From: Lachnospiraceae bacterium UBA3633
GTDB taxonomy: Bacteria > Bacillota > Clostridia > Lachnospirales > Lachnospiraceae
NCBI GenBank assembly: GCA_002374095.1
Contig: DFKY01000003.1
Span: 15,839-79,838, forward strand
Length of the DNA stretch: 64,000 nucleotides
Reading direction: 5' to 3'
Of this stretch, positions 1 through 8,646 are shown one piece after another (positions within the stretch are counted from its first letter, which is position 1; each line of letters starts with the position of its first letter). The position numbers were made by a program, and so were the translations under genes. Below the pieces are notes generated by a model. The model worked only from the letters and a program-made list of their open reading frames with translations, had not been told where the DNA came from and did not search any database.

Positions 1-611
1 CTGAGTGCCCCCACAGGGCAATTAACTATACACTGCCCACAATATGAGCAATTGACATCACCTATTTTTTTATTTTCACGAACATTAACTGTAGTTCTCA
101 CTCCTGTATTTACTACATCCCAGACATTGAGACTTTGTACCTTGTCACATACTTGCACGCATCGCATACACTTCACGCACCTTGTGAAATCTCTTATAAG
201 AGGCAATGTCTTATCCCAAGTCTTTTTTTCAAAGCTCACTTCAAAACGATTTTCAGTAATGCCAAATTCCTTTGCAAGATTTTGAAGTTTACAATTGCCA
301 TTTCTTATGCATGTTGGGCAAGTAAAATTGTGGTCAGATAATATAAGCTCTATATTAAGCCTTCTTACTTCACGTGCCTTCTTAGAATTTGTATATATCT
401 TCATGCCTTCTTTTACTTCATTATTACAAGCTGTGACACATTTTTCAAGCCCTACAACTTCTACAACACAAACTCTACATGCAGCTATTTCATTGATATC
501 TTTAAGGAAGCATAATGTAGGTATATTAATGCCATTTTCTCTTGCCGCTTCAAGTATAGTTGTGCCTTCTTTTACTTCTATATTTCTATCATCAATAGTT
601 AATCTTACCAT
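1..611 (-). CDS. hydA: [FeFe]-hydrogenase, N-terminal part (gene continues beyond the window start)
   Basis: Absent from the ORF track because it is truncated. Reverse-strand translation from the ATG at 611-609 gives MVRLTIDDRNIEVKEGTTILEAARENGINIPTLCFLKDINEIAACRVCVVEVVGLEKCVTACNNEV...HNFTCPTCIRNGNCKLQ...TRCVKCMRCVQVCDKVQSLNVWDV...CSYCGQCIVNCPVGAL. This is a 2Fe-2S ferredoxin-like domain, a His/Cys 4Fe-4S domain and ferredoxin CxxCxxCxxxC motifs, in the same order as CpI-type clostridial hydrogenases. A GGAAGGAG SD lies just upstream. The start overlaps the stop of the upstream gene (ATGGTAA). Confidence 0.8.
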   Translation of the reverse strand, partial: MVRLTIDDRNIEVKEGTTILEAARENGINIPTLCFLKDINEIAACRVCVVEVVGLEKCVTACNNEVKEGMKIYTNSKKAREVRRLNIELILSDHNFTCPTCIRNGNCKLQNLAKEFGITENRFEVSFEKKTWDKTLPLIRDFTRCVKCMRCVQVCDKVQSLNVWDVVNTGVRTTVNVRENKKIGDVNCSYCGQCIVNCPVGAL

Positions 612-2437
612 TTTGTACTCCTTCCGCCCTTAAATACACCAAATCCAAAATGGTCGCATCTTAAGCACCTACTGCATTCTTGCAATACTTCTTCATCACT
701 CATTGATTCTTCTATTGGATCAAAATTGTCTTTTCTTTCTCTTGCTTCTTTAATCTTAAGTTCAACTCTACCGCATGGCACTTTATCATCAAAGCTCACA
801 CGAGGTATATCTATATCACTTATTATTTCATGATAAAAGCCAAGGTATTCATCAATATTAGCTGCTGCAACTCTTCCTGCTGCAATAGCCTTTATAACTG
901 TGGCAGGTCCTGTCACGCAGTCTCCACCAGCAAATACTCCGTCAAAATCTTTTATGGATCCAGAGTCAAATGTGGCAATATTACCTCTTTTTACGCCTAT
1001 TCCTTTATCCTCAAAGTGCTTACCTTCTATGCCTTGTCCAACAGCAACTATTATCATGTCACAAGGTATAAGCTTTTCTTCTTCATTTTTATCTACTGGT
1101 TTTGGTCTTCCCTTTTCTATTTTTCCAGTCATCTGAGGTTTTACTCTTATCCCGGATACACATCCATTACTATCCTTTACTATAGCCACTGGTGACATAA
1201 GCTCTATAATATTGACGCCTTCAGCTTCTGCTCCTGCTATCTCATCATTTAATGCAGTCATGTCAGCTTTTCTTCTTCTATATAAGATATCGACAGTTTT
1301 TGCTTTAAGCCTTATAGAAGATCTAGCCACATCCATAGCAACATTTCCACCACCTACAACTATAACTCTTTTTCCTTCATAGCTTGGCATTGTATCATCA
1401 CCAATACTTCTAAGCATCTCAACAGCCGAGATCACACCTTTTGCGTCTTCACCTTCTATCCCTATCTTCTTATCAGTATGAGCTCCTATCGCTATATATA
1501 TAGCATCATATTTTTCTTTTAATTCAGATATGTCAATATCTTTTCCTATACTGACATTCAATTTTACATCTATACCTGTAGACAATATAAAATCAATTTC
1601 TTCATCAAGTCTTTTTCTTGGCAGACGATAACTTGGTATACCATATCTAAGCATACCTCCAAGTTTCATTCGTTGATCATAAATAGTTACCCTATGCCCC
1701 ATAAGTCTTAGATAATATGCTGCACTTAATCCACTTGGGCCACCACCGATTATTGCTACACTTTTCCCTGTATCTTCATTTTGTTTTGGTAATTTTGGAT
1801 TTTTTGATTTTTCTATAGCAACTCTTTTTATCCCTCTTATATTGATAGGTGCATCAATTATCATTCTTTTACATCTAAGTTCACAAGGATGCTCGCATAT
1901 ATAAGCACATGCAATTGGGAATGGGTTTTTATGTCTTATAAGATTAACCGCATCATCATACCTTCCTTCTTTTACAAGTGCTATATATCCAGGTATGTCA
2001 ACATGTGCCGGACACATATTGACGCAAGAAACTGGTGTTTTACTATTACAAGTACAATTGCCATTTTGTACATGCTCTTTATAATCATCATAGCATCCTT
2101 CTATGCTATTTAGCACAAGCTTTCCTGCTTCTTGACCTATAGCACAATCAGATGACACATAGATTGCCATTGCTGTATCTCTTATAAGATCAAGTGTCGC
2201 AAGACTTGCCTCATTATCAAGTACTTTATCAAGAAGCTTTGCAAGTTTATTAAGTCCCACTCTACATGGTGTACACTTGCCACATGATTCTGAAAGACAC
2301 AGTCTCACAAAAGATGCCGTAAGATCCACAGGGCAAAGCCCAGTAGGGCTTGCTACTATACGTCTCTCAAGATCTTTATAAAGTTTTTCTTTTACCGCTT
2401 CTTGCCTATCTTCAGTGTACATTGTAAGTCTACTCAT
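605..2437 (-). CDS. NAD(P)H-dependent oxidoreductase / hydrogenase diaphorase-like subunit (NuoF-type 4Fe-4S N-terminus fused to a GltD-like flavoprotein)
   Basis: N-terminus has SESCGKCTPCRVG (NuoF C-terminal 4Fe-4S motif). It is followed by Cys-rich Fer4-like segments, the dinucleotide fold VAIIGGGPSGLSAAYYL, a second fold VVGGGNVAMDVA, and GDCVTGPATVIKAIAAGR, typical of the glutamate synthase small chain / NfnB family. Translationally coupled to hydA. The start codon is uncertain because no SD lies near the ATG at 2437. Confidence 0.8.
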   Translation of the reverse strand: MSRLTMYTEDRQEAVKEKLYKDLERRIVASPTGLCPVDLTASFVRLCLSESCGKCTPCRVGLNKLAKLLDKVLDNEASLATLDLIRDTAMAIYVSSDCAIGQEAGKLVLNSIEGCYDDYKEHVQNGNCTCNSKTPVSCVNMCPAHVDIPGYIALVKEGRYDDAVNLIRHKNPFPIACAYICEHPCELRCKRMIIDAPINIRGIKRVAIEKSKNPKLPKQNEDTGKSVAIIGGGPSGLSAAYYLRLMGHRVTIYDQRMKLGGMLRYGIPSYRLPRKRLDEEIDFILSTGIDVKLNVSIGKDIDISELKEKYDAIYIAIGAHTDKKIGIEGEDAKGVISAVEMLRSIGDDTMPSYEGKRVIVVGGGNVAMDVARSSIRLKAKTVDILYRRRKADMTALNDEIAGAEAEGVNIIELMSPVAIVKDSNGCVSGIRVKPQMTGKIEKGRPKPVDKNEEEKLIPCDMIIVAVGQGIEGKHFEDKGIGVKRGNIATFDSGSIKDFDGVFAGGDCVTGPATVIKAIAAGRVAAANIDEYLGFYHEIISDIDIPRVSFDDKVPCGRVELKIKEARERKDNFDPIEESMSDEEVLQECSRCLRCDHFGFGVFKGGRSTKW

Positions 2438-2476
2438 AGAAATGTCGTATAATTACTTATACTCTCCTTATCAAGG

Positions 2477-2971
2477 TTATATCTTTATACACATAAACTT
2501 ATTTCCATTTCCTTCTACTATCTTTTTTATATCCTTAAATGGCATAAATATAGTAGCTGTATTTTCAAGTGGATGAACGCCTATTCTTTCCTTTCCCATA
2601 AGACTTTGGTCAAATGCAACTATAACCTCATGATTTTCATCATTTAAAACGCAAAGTGGAGATACAGACCCTTGCTTAACCCCAAGATATTTATCCATTC
2701 TCTCAGGTGATGCAAATGAAAGTCTTGTAGAGCCAAGAGCAAGTGCAAGTTTAGTCATATCAACTTTTTTACTCTCTTCTACTGATACAAGATAATGTTT
2801 ATCTCCTTTAGCATTTCGCACAAAAAGGTTTTTTACCACATCACCTTTTTTAGTAATGCCAGCAACTTCCATCTCTTCCATTGTAAATACTGCTGCATGA
2901 TCTACTCTATCATATTTATATCCATTATCATCAAGCCATTTTATGCAACCTTCTTTATCATATTTTGCCAT
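2477..2971 (-). CDS. YbaK/ProX-type aminoacyl-tRNA deacylase (prolyl-tRNA synthetase-associated editing domain protein)
   Basis: 164-aa protein with family-typical segments (KNLFVRNAKGDKHYLV, GVKQGSVSPL, VHPLENTAT). An AAAGGAGC SD lies 5 nt before the ATG. The ATG lies inside the last codons of selB (14-nt overlap). Confidence 0.7.
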   Translation of the reverse strand: MAKYDKEGCIKWLDDNGYKYDRVDHAAVFTMEEMEVAGITKKGDVVKNLFVRNAKGDKHYLVSVEESKKVDMTKLALALGSTRLSFASPERMDKYLGVKQGSVSPLCVLNDENHEVIVAFDQSLMGKERIGVHPLENTATIFMPFKDIKKIVEGNGNKFMCIKI

Positions 2972-4904
2972 AATTAGCTCCTTTCACCCTATAAAGTCCG
3001 TGAAGTTCCGTAATTCTCTTTTGATCAAAACTATCTATAATAAGTATAGCATACTTTCTTGAAGTTGCAAGCAGGTCTCTTAGATCAGTCATAGCCATCT
3101 TTTCATTTTTATCTATAAAATCTTTAGTAAAGTTAAGTGCTTTTTTATAATAATCTGTATGAATATAGTACTCATTTGATAGTTTTATAAGTTTCCCATC
3201 TTTTGCAAGGTCTACAAGCATTTGTCTAAGTTTTAGCTTATCTTTAAATCCACTTTTAGTAAATTCTTCTATAACACTTGCATTGTCAATTGGTTCAAAT
3301 CCCATACTCTTATACTTTTCTTCTATATCATTTATTATTTTAGCTACCTTATCATCTATAACAACATTAAAGCTACTGTCTGATATAAGGTCCCCTTGTT
3401 GTTTTATAAAGTTTTGTGATATAAGATATGATATAAGTTTATCAAGTGTCGTATCTCCGACCTTACTATATCTTTTAAATAGTATTCCTTTCAGTTCTTC
3501 TTTTTTCATCCCTTTAAGTAAAGCATTGTCTTTATGAAACTTTGAAAGGATATCCTTTATGTATCTTTTTATTCCTTCATAAAACTTTATAGACATTACT
3601 TGAGACTTTACGTCAATATCTACATTATCTTTATTTCCGTTTATGACAATTATTTCATTATTCTTTTTAAGATTATTTAAAAGTATAATCGTATCTTCGG
3701 TCCCAGTATTCATTTTTTTAGATATAAATGATACATCTGGAAAATCTACACTCGTGTCATTGATTATTTCCTTTAGGACTACTTTTTCATCATTGCTATC
3801 AAGATCTTTAAAATGATTTAGTGCAATACCATCTTCTATCTTATATCTTTTAGAATCTACACCCAGTATAATCCCACCACCACATGACTCCACTGGGCTC
3901 ATAAATCTAATTATATATCTGTCGCCTCTCTTTAAAGGCACTGGATTATCAAATTTAAACTGTACATAATCATTTGTTATAATTCTAACACTTGCAGTAG
4001 CTTGATTCGAACCATAGTTAAAGTATATACGCTCTCCATTTTTAAGTCTTCTTCCTACAGACTTAAACATCATTAATTTACAATCAATTATATCGCTAAG
4101 TATTATTGAAGATTTTGCTGCGAGTACATCCCCTCTATGCACTTCATCTTTTTTTACATTCAAAAGATTTATTGCCGTTCTTTGCCCTGCATAGGCTGTT
4201 GGTACCATCTGGTTATGTGACTCTATTTTCCTTACTTTCACAAGCTTCTGTGAAGGATATAACATAAGTTCATCACCAGTATCGACTTTTCCTTCCATAA
4301 GAGTGCCTGTGATGACTGTGCCAAAGCCTTCCATAGTAAATACTCTATCTATAGGAAGTCTCATAAGTTCTTTATTGTTATTTCTCTTACCTATATCTTT
4401 TATTTCATCAAGTATAAGACTTTTTAAGACATCAATATTCTTCCCTGTATATGCAGATACACAAAGTGACTTTGCATTTTCAAGAAAAGAGTCTTTTGTA
4501 AGTCCTGCCACTTCACTTCTTAGCATATCAAAATCTACTACATTTGGAGAGTCAAGCTTTGTGTATACTATAATTCCTTTTTTTATGCCAAGTGTCTTAA
4601 GTATCTCAAAATGCTCTATGGTTTGTGGCTTTATGCCTTCTTCAAGTGATATGACAAGTAGCACAAGATCAATCCCGCCAATACCTGCAAGCATATTTTT
4701 TACAAATTTCTCATGTCCTGGCACATCAATAATGCCAATATGAATCCCAAGGTCATTTGGCATATTGGCAAAACCATTTTCAATAGTTATTCCTCTTTTC
4801 TTTTCTTCCTTAAGCCTATCAGTGTCTATCCCAGTAAGTGCCTTTATAAGACTTGTCTTACCATGATCAACATGACCAGCTGTACCTATAATTACATTTT
4901 GCAT
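2958..4904 (-). CDS. selB: Selenocysteine-specific translation elongation factor SelB
   Basis: G domain motifs AGHVDHGKTSL, DVPGHEKF and TKLD, with a long C-terminal winged-helix-type extension (648 aa). It lies directly downstream of selA and tRNA-Sec. Confidence 0.9.
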   Translation of the reverse strand: MQNVIIGTAGHVDHGKTSLIKALTGIDTDRLKEEKKRGITIENGFANMPNDLGIHIGIIDVPGHEKFVKNMLAGIGGIDLVLLVISLEEGIKPQTIEHFEILKTLGIKKGIIVYTKLDSPNVVDFDMLRSEVAGLTKDSFLENAKSLCVSAYTGKNIDVLKSLILDEIKDIGKRNNNKELMRLPIDRVFTMEGFGTVITGTLMEGKVDTGDELMLYPSQKLVKVRKIESHNQMVPTAYAGQRTAINLLNVKKDEVHRGDVLAAKSSIILSDIIDCKLMMFKSVGRRLKNGERIYFNYGSNQATASVRIITNDYVQFKFDNPVPLKRGDRYIIRFMSPVESCGGGIILGVDSKRYKIEDGIALNHFKDLDSNDEKVVLKEIINDTSVDFPDVSFISKKMNTGTEDTIILLNNLKKNNEIIVINGNKDNVDIDVKSQVMSIKFYEGIKRYIKDILSKFHKDNALLKGMKKEELKGILFKRYSKVGDTTLDKLISYLISQNFIKQQGDLISDSSFNVVIDDKVAKIINDIEEKYKSMGFEPIDNASVIEEFTKSGFKDKLKLRQMLVDLAKDGKLIKLSNEYYIHTDYYKKALNFTKDFIDKNEKMAMTDLRDLLATSRKYAILIIDSFDQKRITELHGLYRVKGANYGKI

Positions 4905-4912
4905 ATTTTTTT

Positions 4913-4925
4913 AGGGGCGAGCACG
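4913..4925 (+). repeat. Half copy of the GC-rich REP-like repeat family (GGGGCGAGCACGC)
   Basis: Matches the left arm (GGGCGAGC) of the family consensus. It occupies the 21-nt selA-selB spacer and directly abuts the selA TAG stop (4926-4928). Confidence 0.5.
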
Positions 4926-6317
4926 CTATATGATACTTTTTATTTCACTAACTAACAATTCTATATCTTCATCCTGTATGGTTCTAACATCAAGATAGAT
5001 TTTGTCATGAGCCACTCTAACTATAATTGGCACGTCAGCTGCTCTCATCTTTCGTTCTATCTTCTCTGCCGCCACATCTTTATTGTAAATTGTCACTGCG
5101 AAGCCATCAAGATAGACATCTGGAGCCGTGCCACCGCCAACTTGATCCTTTACCTTTTCTATGCCTATCTCAAAACCACTCACATCTTTTATATTATCTA
5201 CAAGCAGCTTTTTTATCTTCTCTGCTTTTTCTTTAAGTTTTTCTTTACTTATTGTAATCATATTAAGTACAGGAATACTCTCTAAAGCTCTTTTTTCATC
5301 ATAGTATTCAAAAAGCGTTGCATTTAATGCTGCAAGTGTAAACTTATCTACACGAAAAGCCCTTGCAAGTGGATGCTTTCTCATCTTGCCTATAAACTTT
5401 GCTTTTCCAACTATTATTCCAGCTTGTGGTCCACCAAGGAGTTTATCACCACTAAAAAGGACGACATCTGCATTTTCTTTCACAAGACTTCTTACCGTAG
5501 GCTCATCTATCCCATAATCATTTAGATCAACCATAAGACCATTGCCCATATCATAAACTACAGGTAAATTATATTTTTCTCCGAGTTTCACGAGTGCAGG
5601 CAGATCAACCTGCTCTGTAAATCCCACTATTTTATAATTACTTGTATGAGCTTTGAGTAAGACTGCAGTCTCATCATTTATCGCATCTACATAATCATTT
5701 AATTTAGTTTTATTGGTAGATCCAATCTCATGAAGTATTGCTGTGCTTTCTCCCATCACATCAGGAAGTCTGAAGCTATCTCCTATCTCTATAAGTTCTC
5801 CTCTTGATATAATCACTTCTTTTTTTGAGGCAAGTGCTGCAAGCACAAGTATTGTAGCTGCTGCATTATTATTGACAACCATTGCTGCCTCAGCACCTGT
5901 TATATCAGTAAGTATCTTTTCTATATGAGATTGACGATTACCTCTATTACCAGACTTTAAATCATACTCAAGGTTGGTATAGTTGAGTGCCGTATCTATT
6001 ATTGCATCAGCTGATTTCTTTGAAAGAATTGATCTACCGAGATTTGTATGGAGGACAGTGCCTGTAGCATTGATAATCTTTTTAAGACTTCTCTTTGATT
6101 TTTTTGATACTTTTTCTTTTAGCTTTTCTATGATATTGTCTTTATCTATGTCATTTGCAACCCCATTTAGTATATCAGCTCTTACATCAATCAATACTTC
6201 TCTTATGCAAGATACCAAAAAATCATGAGGGGTAAGCTTCACAATATCAGAAAGCTTCTCATTTTTTAGAATTTCATCAACCTGTGGAATTTTTCTTAAA
6301 ATCTCATTCTTATTCAT
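4926..6317 (-). CDS. selA: L-seryl-tRNA(Sec) selenium transferase SelA
   Basis: 463 aa. Contains the PLP-lysine region FSGDKLLGGPQAGIIVG and INATGTVLHTNLGRS, both characteristic of SelA. Located between tRNA-Sec and selB. Confidence 0.9.
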   Translation of the reverse strand: MNKNEILRKIPQVDEILKNEKLSDIVKLTPHDFLVSCIREVLIDVRADILNGVANDIDKDNIIEKLKEKVSKKSKRSLKKIINATGTVLHTNLGRSILSKKSADAIIDTALNYTNLEYDLKSGNRGNRQSHIEKILTDITGAEAAMVVNNNAAATILVLAALASKKEVIISRGELIEIGDSFRLPDVMGESTAILHEIGSTNKTKLNDYVDAINDETAVLLKAHTSNYKIVGFTEQVDLPALVKLGEKYNLPVVYDMGNGLMVDLNDYGIDEPTVRSLVKENADVVLFSGDKLLGGPQAGIIVGKAKFIGKMRKHPLARAFRVDKFTLAALNATLFEYYDEKRALESIPVLNMITISKEKLKEKAEKIKKLLVDNIKDVSGFEIGIEKVKDQVGGGTAPDVYLDGFAVTIYNKDVAAEKIERKMRAADVPIIVRVAHDKIYLDVRTIQDEDIELLVSEIKSII

Positions 6318-6422
6318 ATTAACCTTTAGGCATATTATATAAGCCCCAAATAAAAAAGTTCTTTGGAAACCAAAGAACTAAAACTATCTATTATTTTCCT
6401 TTGGTTTCAATAGACTAATAAA

Positions 6423-6514
6423 CGGAGACGCTAGGAATCGAACCTAGCCGAAAGATATAATCTCTCACAACGGTTTTGAAGACCGCGGGGCGCACCAGCT
6501 ACCCTCCTATCTCC
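6423..6514 (-). tRNA. selC: tRNA-Sec (anticodon TCA)
   Basis: The reverse complement reads GGAGATAGGAGGGTAGCTGGTGCGCCCCGCGGTCTTCAAAACCGTTGTGAGAGATTATATCTTTCGGCTAGGTTCGATTCCTAGCGTCTCCG. The anticodon loop is CTTCAAA (TCA), flanked by the GCGGT/ACCGT stem. The long variable arm GAGAGAT-TAT-ATCTTTC has 7 bp. The T arm is CTAGG-TTCGATT-CCTAG. Total length of 92 nt is typical of tRNA-Sec. No CCA is encoded. My hand fold leaves mismatches at the base of the acceptor stem, so the exact ends are +/- 2 nt. Confidence 0.85.
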
Positions 6515-6549
6515 ACAATCAATTGAATGCGATATATTAAGTTAATGAA

Positions 6550-6578
6550 ATACTACCATAAATTTATATTTTAGTCAA
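6550..6578 (-). promoter_or_regulatory. Candidate sigma-A promoter for selC (and possibly selA-selB)
   Basis: The minus strand reads TTGACT, a 17-nt spacer, then TGg-TAGTAT (extended -10-like). It lies about 30 nt upstream of the tRNA 5' end and immediately after the rpsR terminator. Confidence 0.45.
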
Positions 6579-6613
6579 ATAAAAAACCCAAAGCTCCACT
6601 CAAGCTTTGGGTT
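6578..6613 (-). terminator. Rho-independent terminator of the rpsF-ssb-rpsR operon
   Basis: The minus strand reads ACCCAAAGCT-TGAGTGG-AGCTTTGGGT followed by TTTTTTATTT, i.e. a 10-bp stem and a U-tract, starting 7 nt after the rpsR stop. Confidence 0.75.
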
Positions 6614-6619
6614 AAAAGA

Positions 6620-6895
6620 TTACTTTATAACATATGGAAGTATTGCTACATGTCTTGCACGATTTATTGCATTAACAATCTCTCTTTGATGCTTTGCACA
6701 AGTTCCAGTCACTCTTCTTGGAAGTATCTTTCCACTTTCTGATATATATTTTCTTAAAATCTTCTCATCTTTATAACTTACACTTGTAGCACCTTTAGTA
6801 CAAAACTGACATACTCTCTTCTTTTTAGCTCTAAAGTCTCTCTTGTCTTTTTTTTCATCTTTATTATATGTTCTTACTTTCTTATCTGCTGGCAT
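6620..6895 (-). CDS. rpsR: 30S ribosomal protein S18
   Basis: RVCQFC...[47 protein letters not shown] is the canonical S18 core. Confidence 0.95.
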   Translation of the reverse strand: MPADKKVRTYNKDEKKDKRDFRAKKKRVCQFCTKGATSVSYKDEKILRKYISESGKILPRRVTGTCAKHQREIVNAINRARHVAILPYVIK

Positions 6896-6914
6896 TTTAA
6901 AATCCTCCTAATGC

Positions 6915-7349
6915 TTAGAATGCGACTTCATCATCATCAATAGAACCATTTACATCATCTATAAATCCATCCATCACAGTAGCACTGCTCTCCTTAGAAG
7001 CAGTAGGAACTACTTGACCTGCTTTAGGTGCATCTGCAAATTCTTGATTTTCAATCACTACATCAGTAGTTGAAACTTTCTGACCATCTTTATTGGTATA
7101 TGACCCAACTTGAAGTCTTCCTTCTACAAGTACCCTTTGACCTTTGTGAAAATACTTGCTTGCAAATTCTCCTGCTTTTCCAAATGCTACGCAGCGAATA
7201 AAATCTGCTGAATTCACATTGTCTTCTTTTTTTGCAAATCTTCTATCTACTGCAAGAGTATATCTCGCGATAGCCATAGAAGAATCTTTTGATGAATATC
7301 TTAGATCTGGTTCTGCGGTAAGTCTACCCATTAAAATTACTTTGTTCAT
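6915..7349 (-). CDS. ssb: Single-stranded DNA-binding protein
   Basis: MNKVILMGRLTAEPDLRY OB-fold N-terminus and an acidic C-terminal tail DDDEVAF. Sits between rpsF and rpsR as in most Firmicutes. Confidence 0.95.
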   Translation of the reverse strand: MNKVILMGRLTAEPDLRYSSKDSSMAIARYTLAVDRRFAKKEDNVNSADFIRCVAFGKAGEFASKYFHKGQRVLVEGRLQVGSYTNKDGQKVSTTDVVIENQEFADAPKAGQVVPTASKESSATVMDGFIDDVNGSIDDDEVAF

Positions 7350-7378
7350 ATTTTTCTCTCTTTCTTAATAAAAACGAA

Positions 7379-7660
7379 TTATTGTTTTACAATTAAGAAT
7401 CTAACGACATTTTCCATAATACGAACTGAGTTTTCAAGTTCGCCTGGTGTATGTGTGGCACCATCAAACTTGATGAAATAATAGTATCCTTCATTCATAC
7501 CATCAATCTCATAGGCAAATCTTCTTTTGCCCCACTCTTCAATCGCTTCATCAGGAGTCCCACCGAAACGAGTAATGTAAGCTTTGATTTTCTCAATTTC
7601 AGAATTTCTTGCTTCATCTTCAAGTTTACTATTTAGGACTACGCAAAGTTCATACTTCAT
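7379..7660 (-). CDS. rpsF: 30S ribosomal protein S6
   Basis: MKYELCVVLNSKLEDE...WGKRRFAYEIDG...GYYYFIKF is the canonical S6 sequence. An AAAGGAGGTG SD lies upstream. Confidence 0.95.
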   Translation of the reverse strand: MKYELCVVLNSKLEDEARNSEIEKIKAYITRFGGTPDEAIEEWGKRRFAYEIDGMNEGYYYFIKFDGATHTPGELENSVRIMENVVRFLIVKQ

Positions 7661-7678
7661 AAATTTTCACCTCCTTTT

Positions 7679-7922
7679 GGACTAATGGCCACTGACGGTA
7701 ATCAGTAGCAAGTGCCGTACAGACAATACTATAAAACAAATCCGTCCTGTCTGTATCCCTTGGCAAAACTTATTCTATCATAAAATATATTCTTTTTCAA
7801 GGCATAAAAAAACCAGATTACCGTTAAAACTTTATTGACACCTAGGCTCTCGCTTAGGTGGGTCACCTCATCAGCACTTTTAAAATCCTGTATAAACCAT
7901 TTCTGGCCCAGGCCCATTAGCC
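7679..7922 (-). promoter_or_regulatory. Candidate structured 5' leader or unassigned ncRNA upstream of rpsF
   Basis: The 352-nt gap has no credible CDS. Nested complementary segments: 7679-7690 with 7911-7922 (CTAATGG core plus flanking GG/CC pairs, one bulge on each side); 7695-7703 with 7816-7824 (9 bp perfect); 7718-7725 with 7748-7755 (8 bp perfect); and a local hairpin at 7839-7860 with a GAGA (GNRA) loop on the minus strand. The class is unknown. Confidence 0.3.
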
Positions 7923-8012
7923 GTACCGATATATGGATGCCCTTTAAATATAATGTAGGTTCAATAAACTATTTTAACGCATAACCCAGTATTTTATAAT
8001 CTTTACAATACT

Positions 8013-8588
8013 CTATTTTGTATGTTCTTCCATAAAGTTATAACTTGATGGCTCTTCGTAGACACCACTATAGGAAATATTTCTTTTTGTAGTGCCACTA
8101 AAAGTATTATCGTGAAAGTTTGGAAATCTTCTTATCCTTTCTGCTACAGCATACCCGCATATACCTTTATCTTCATTATCATAAAGTACAAAATAATAAT
8201 AACTTTTACCATATATTTTTGCGCCTTCTTCAAGTGTGTTAAATGGCAATGATACATCTCTCCCTGTCTCTTTCTCTATAGCATATGGAAGCACAGTAAC
8301 TATATAGTCAGCTGGATTATCATAATTATCATAGCATATTCTCATAGCCCAAGTAGTATTACTTCCATTGACCCTTGTCGCATTAAGTATTTTTGCTGTC
8401 TTTCCTGTAGCTTTTGATGCTACATATCTAAATCTTGATAAATCACCATATGATATAGCAGTAGGTGTCTTTACAAGTATAGGGCTATTCAAGTTTCCAT
8501 CAACATGAGTCGCTGCATACATATTTATTGCCATGCTAAAAACCATCAATGCACTTACGATATAAGTTATAATATTTTTATTTTTCAT
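8013..8588 (-). CDS. Hypothetical secreted protein
   Basis: 191-aa ORF with an N-terminal signal-like segment (IITYIVSALMVFSMAINMYAA). I recognise no family. Confidence 0.55.
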   Translation of the reverse strand: MKNKNIITYIVSALMVFSMAINMYAATHVDGNLNSPILVKTPTAISYGDLSRFRYVASKATGKTAKILNATRVNGSNTTWAMRICYDNYDNPADYIVTVLPYAIEKETGRDVSLPFNTLEEGAKIYGKSYYYFVLYDNEDKGICGYAVAERIRRFPNFHDNTFSGTTKRNISYSGVYEEPSSYNFMEEHTK

Positions 8589-8646
8589 ATTTTTTTCCTT
8601 TCATGCGCAAAATTACATATAGCCATCCCTACTACAATTATACTTT

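Noticed and set aside
7687-7693. GCCACTG on the plus strand, which resembles the conserved B12-riboswitch core heptamer.
   Set aside because: The other cobalamin-riboswitch elements (the GGTG..AA.TCC region and the B12 box) are absent. The motif sits over the rpsF SD/start region on the wrong strand. No plus-strand gene follows.
7729-7917. 62-aa ORF in the rpsF upstream gap.
   Set aside because: It has no SD before its ATG and an implausible composition. It coincides with the nested helices, so the region is better explained as RNA or leader.
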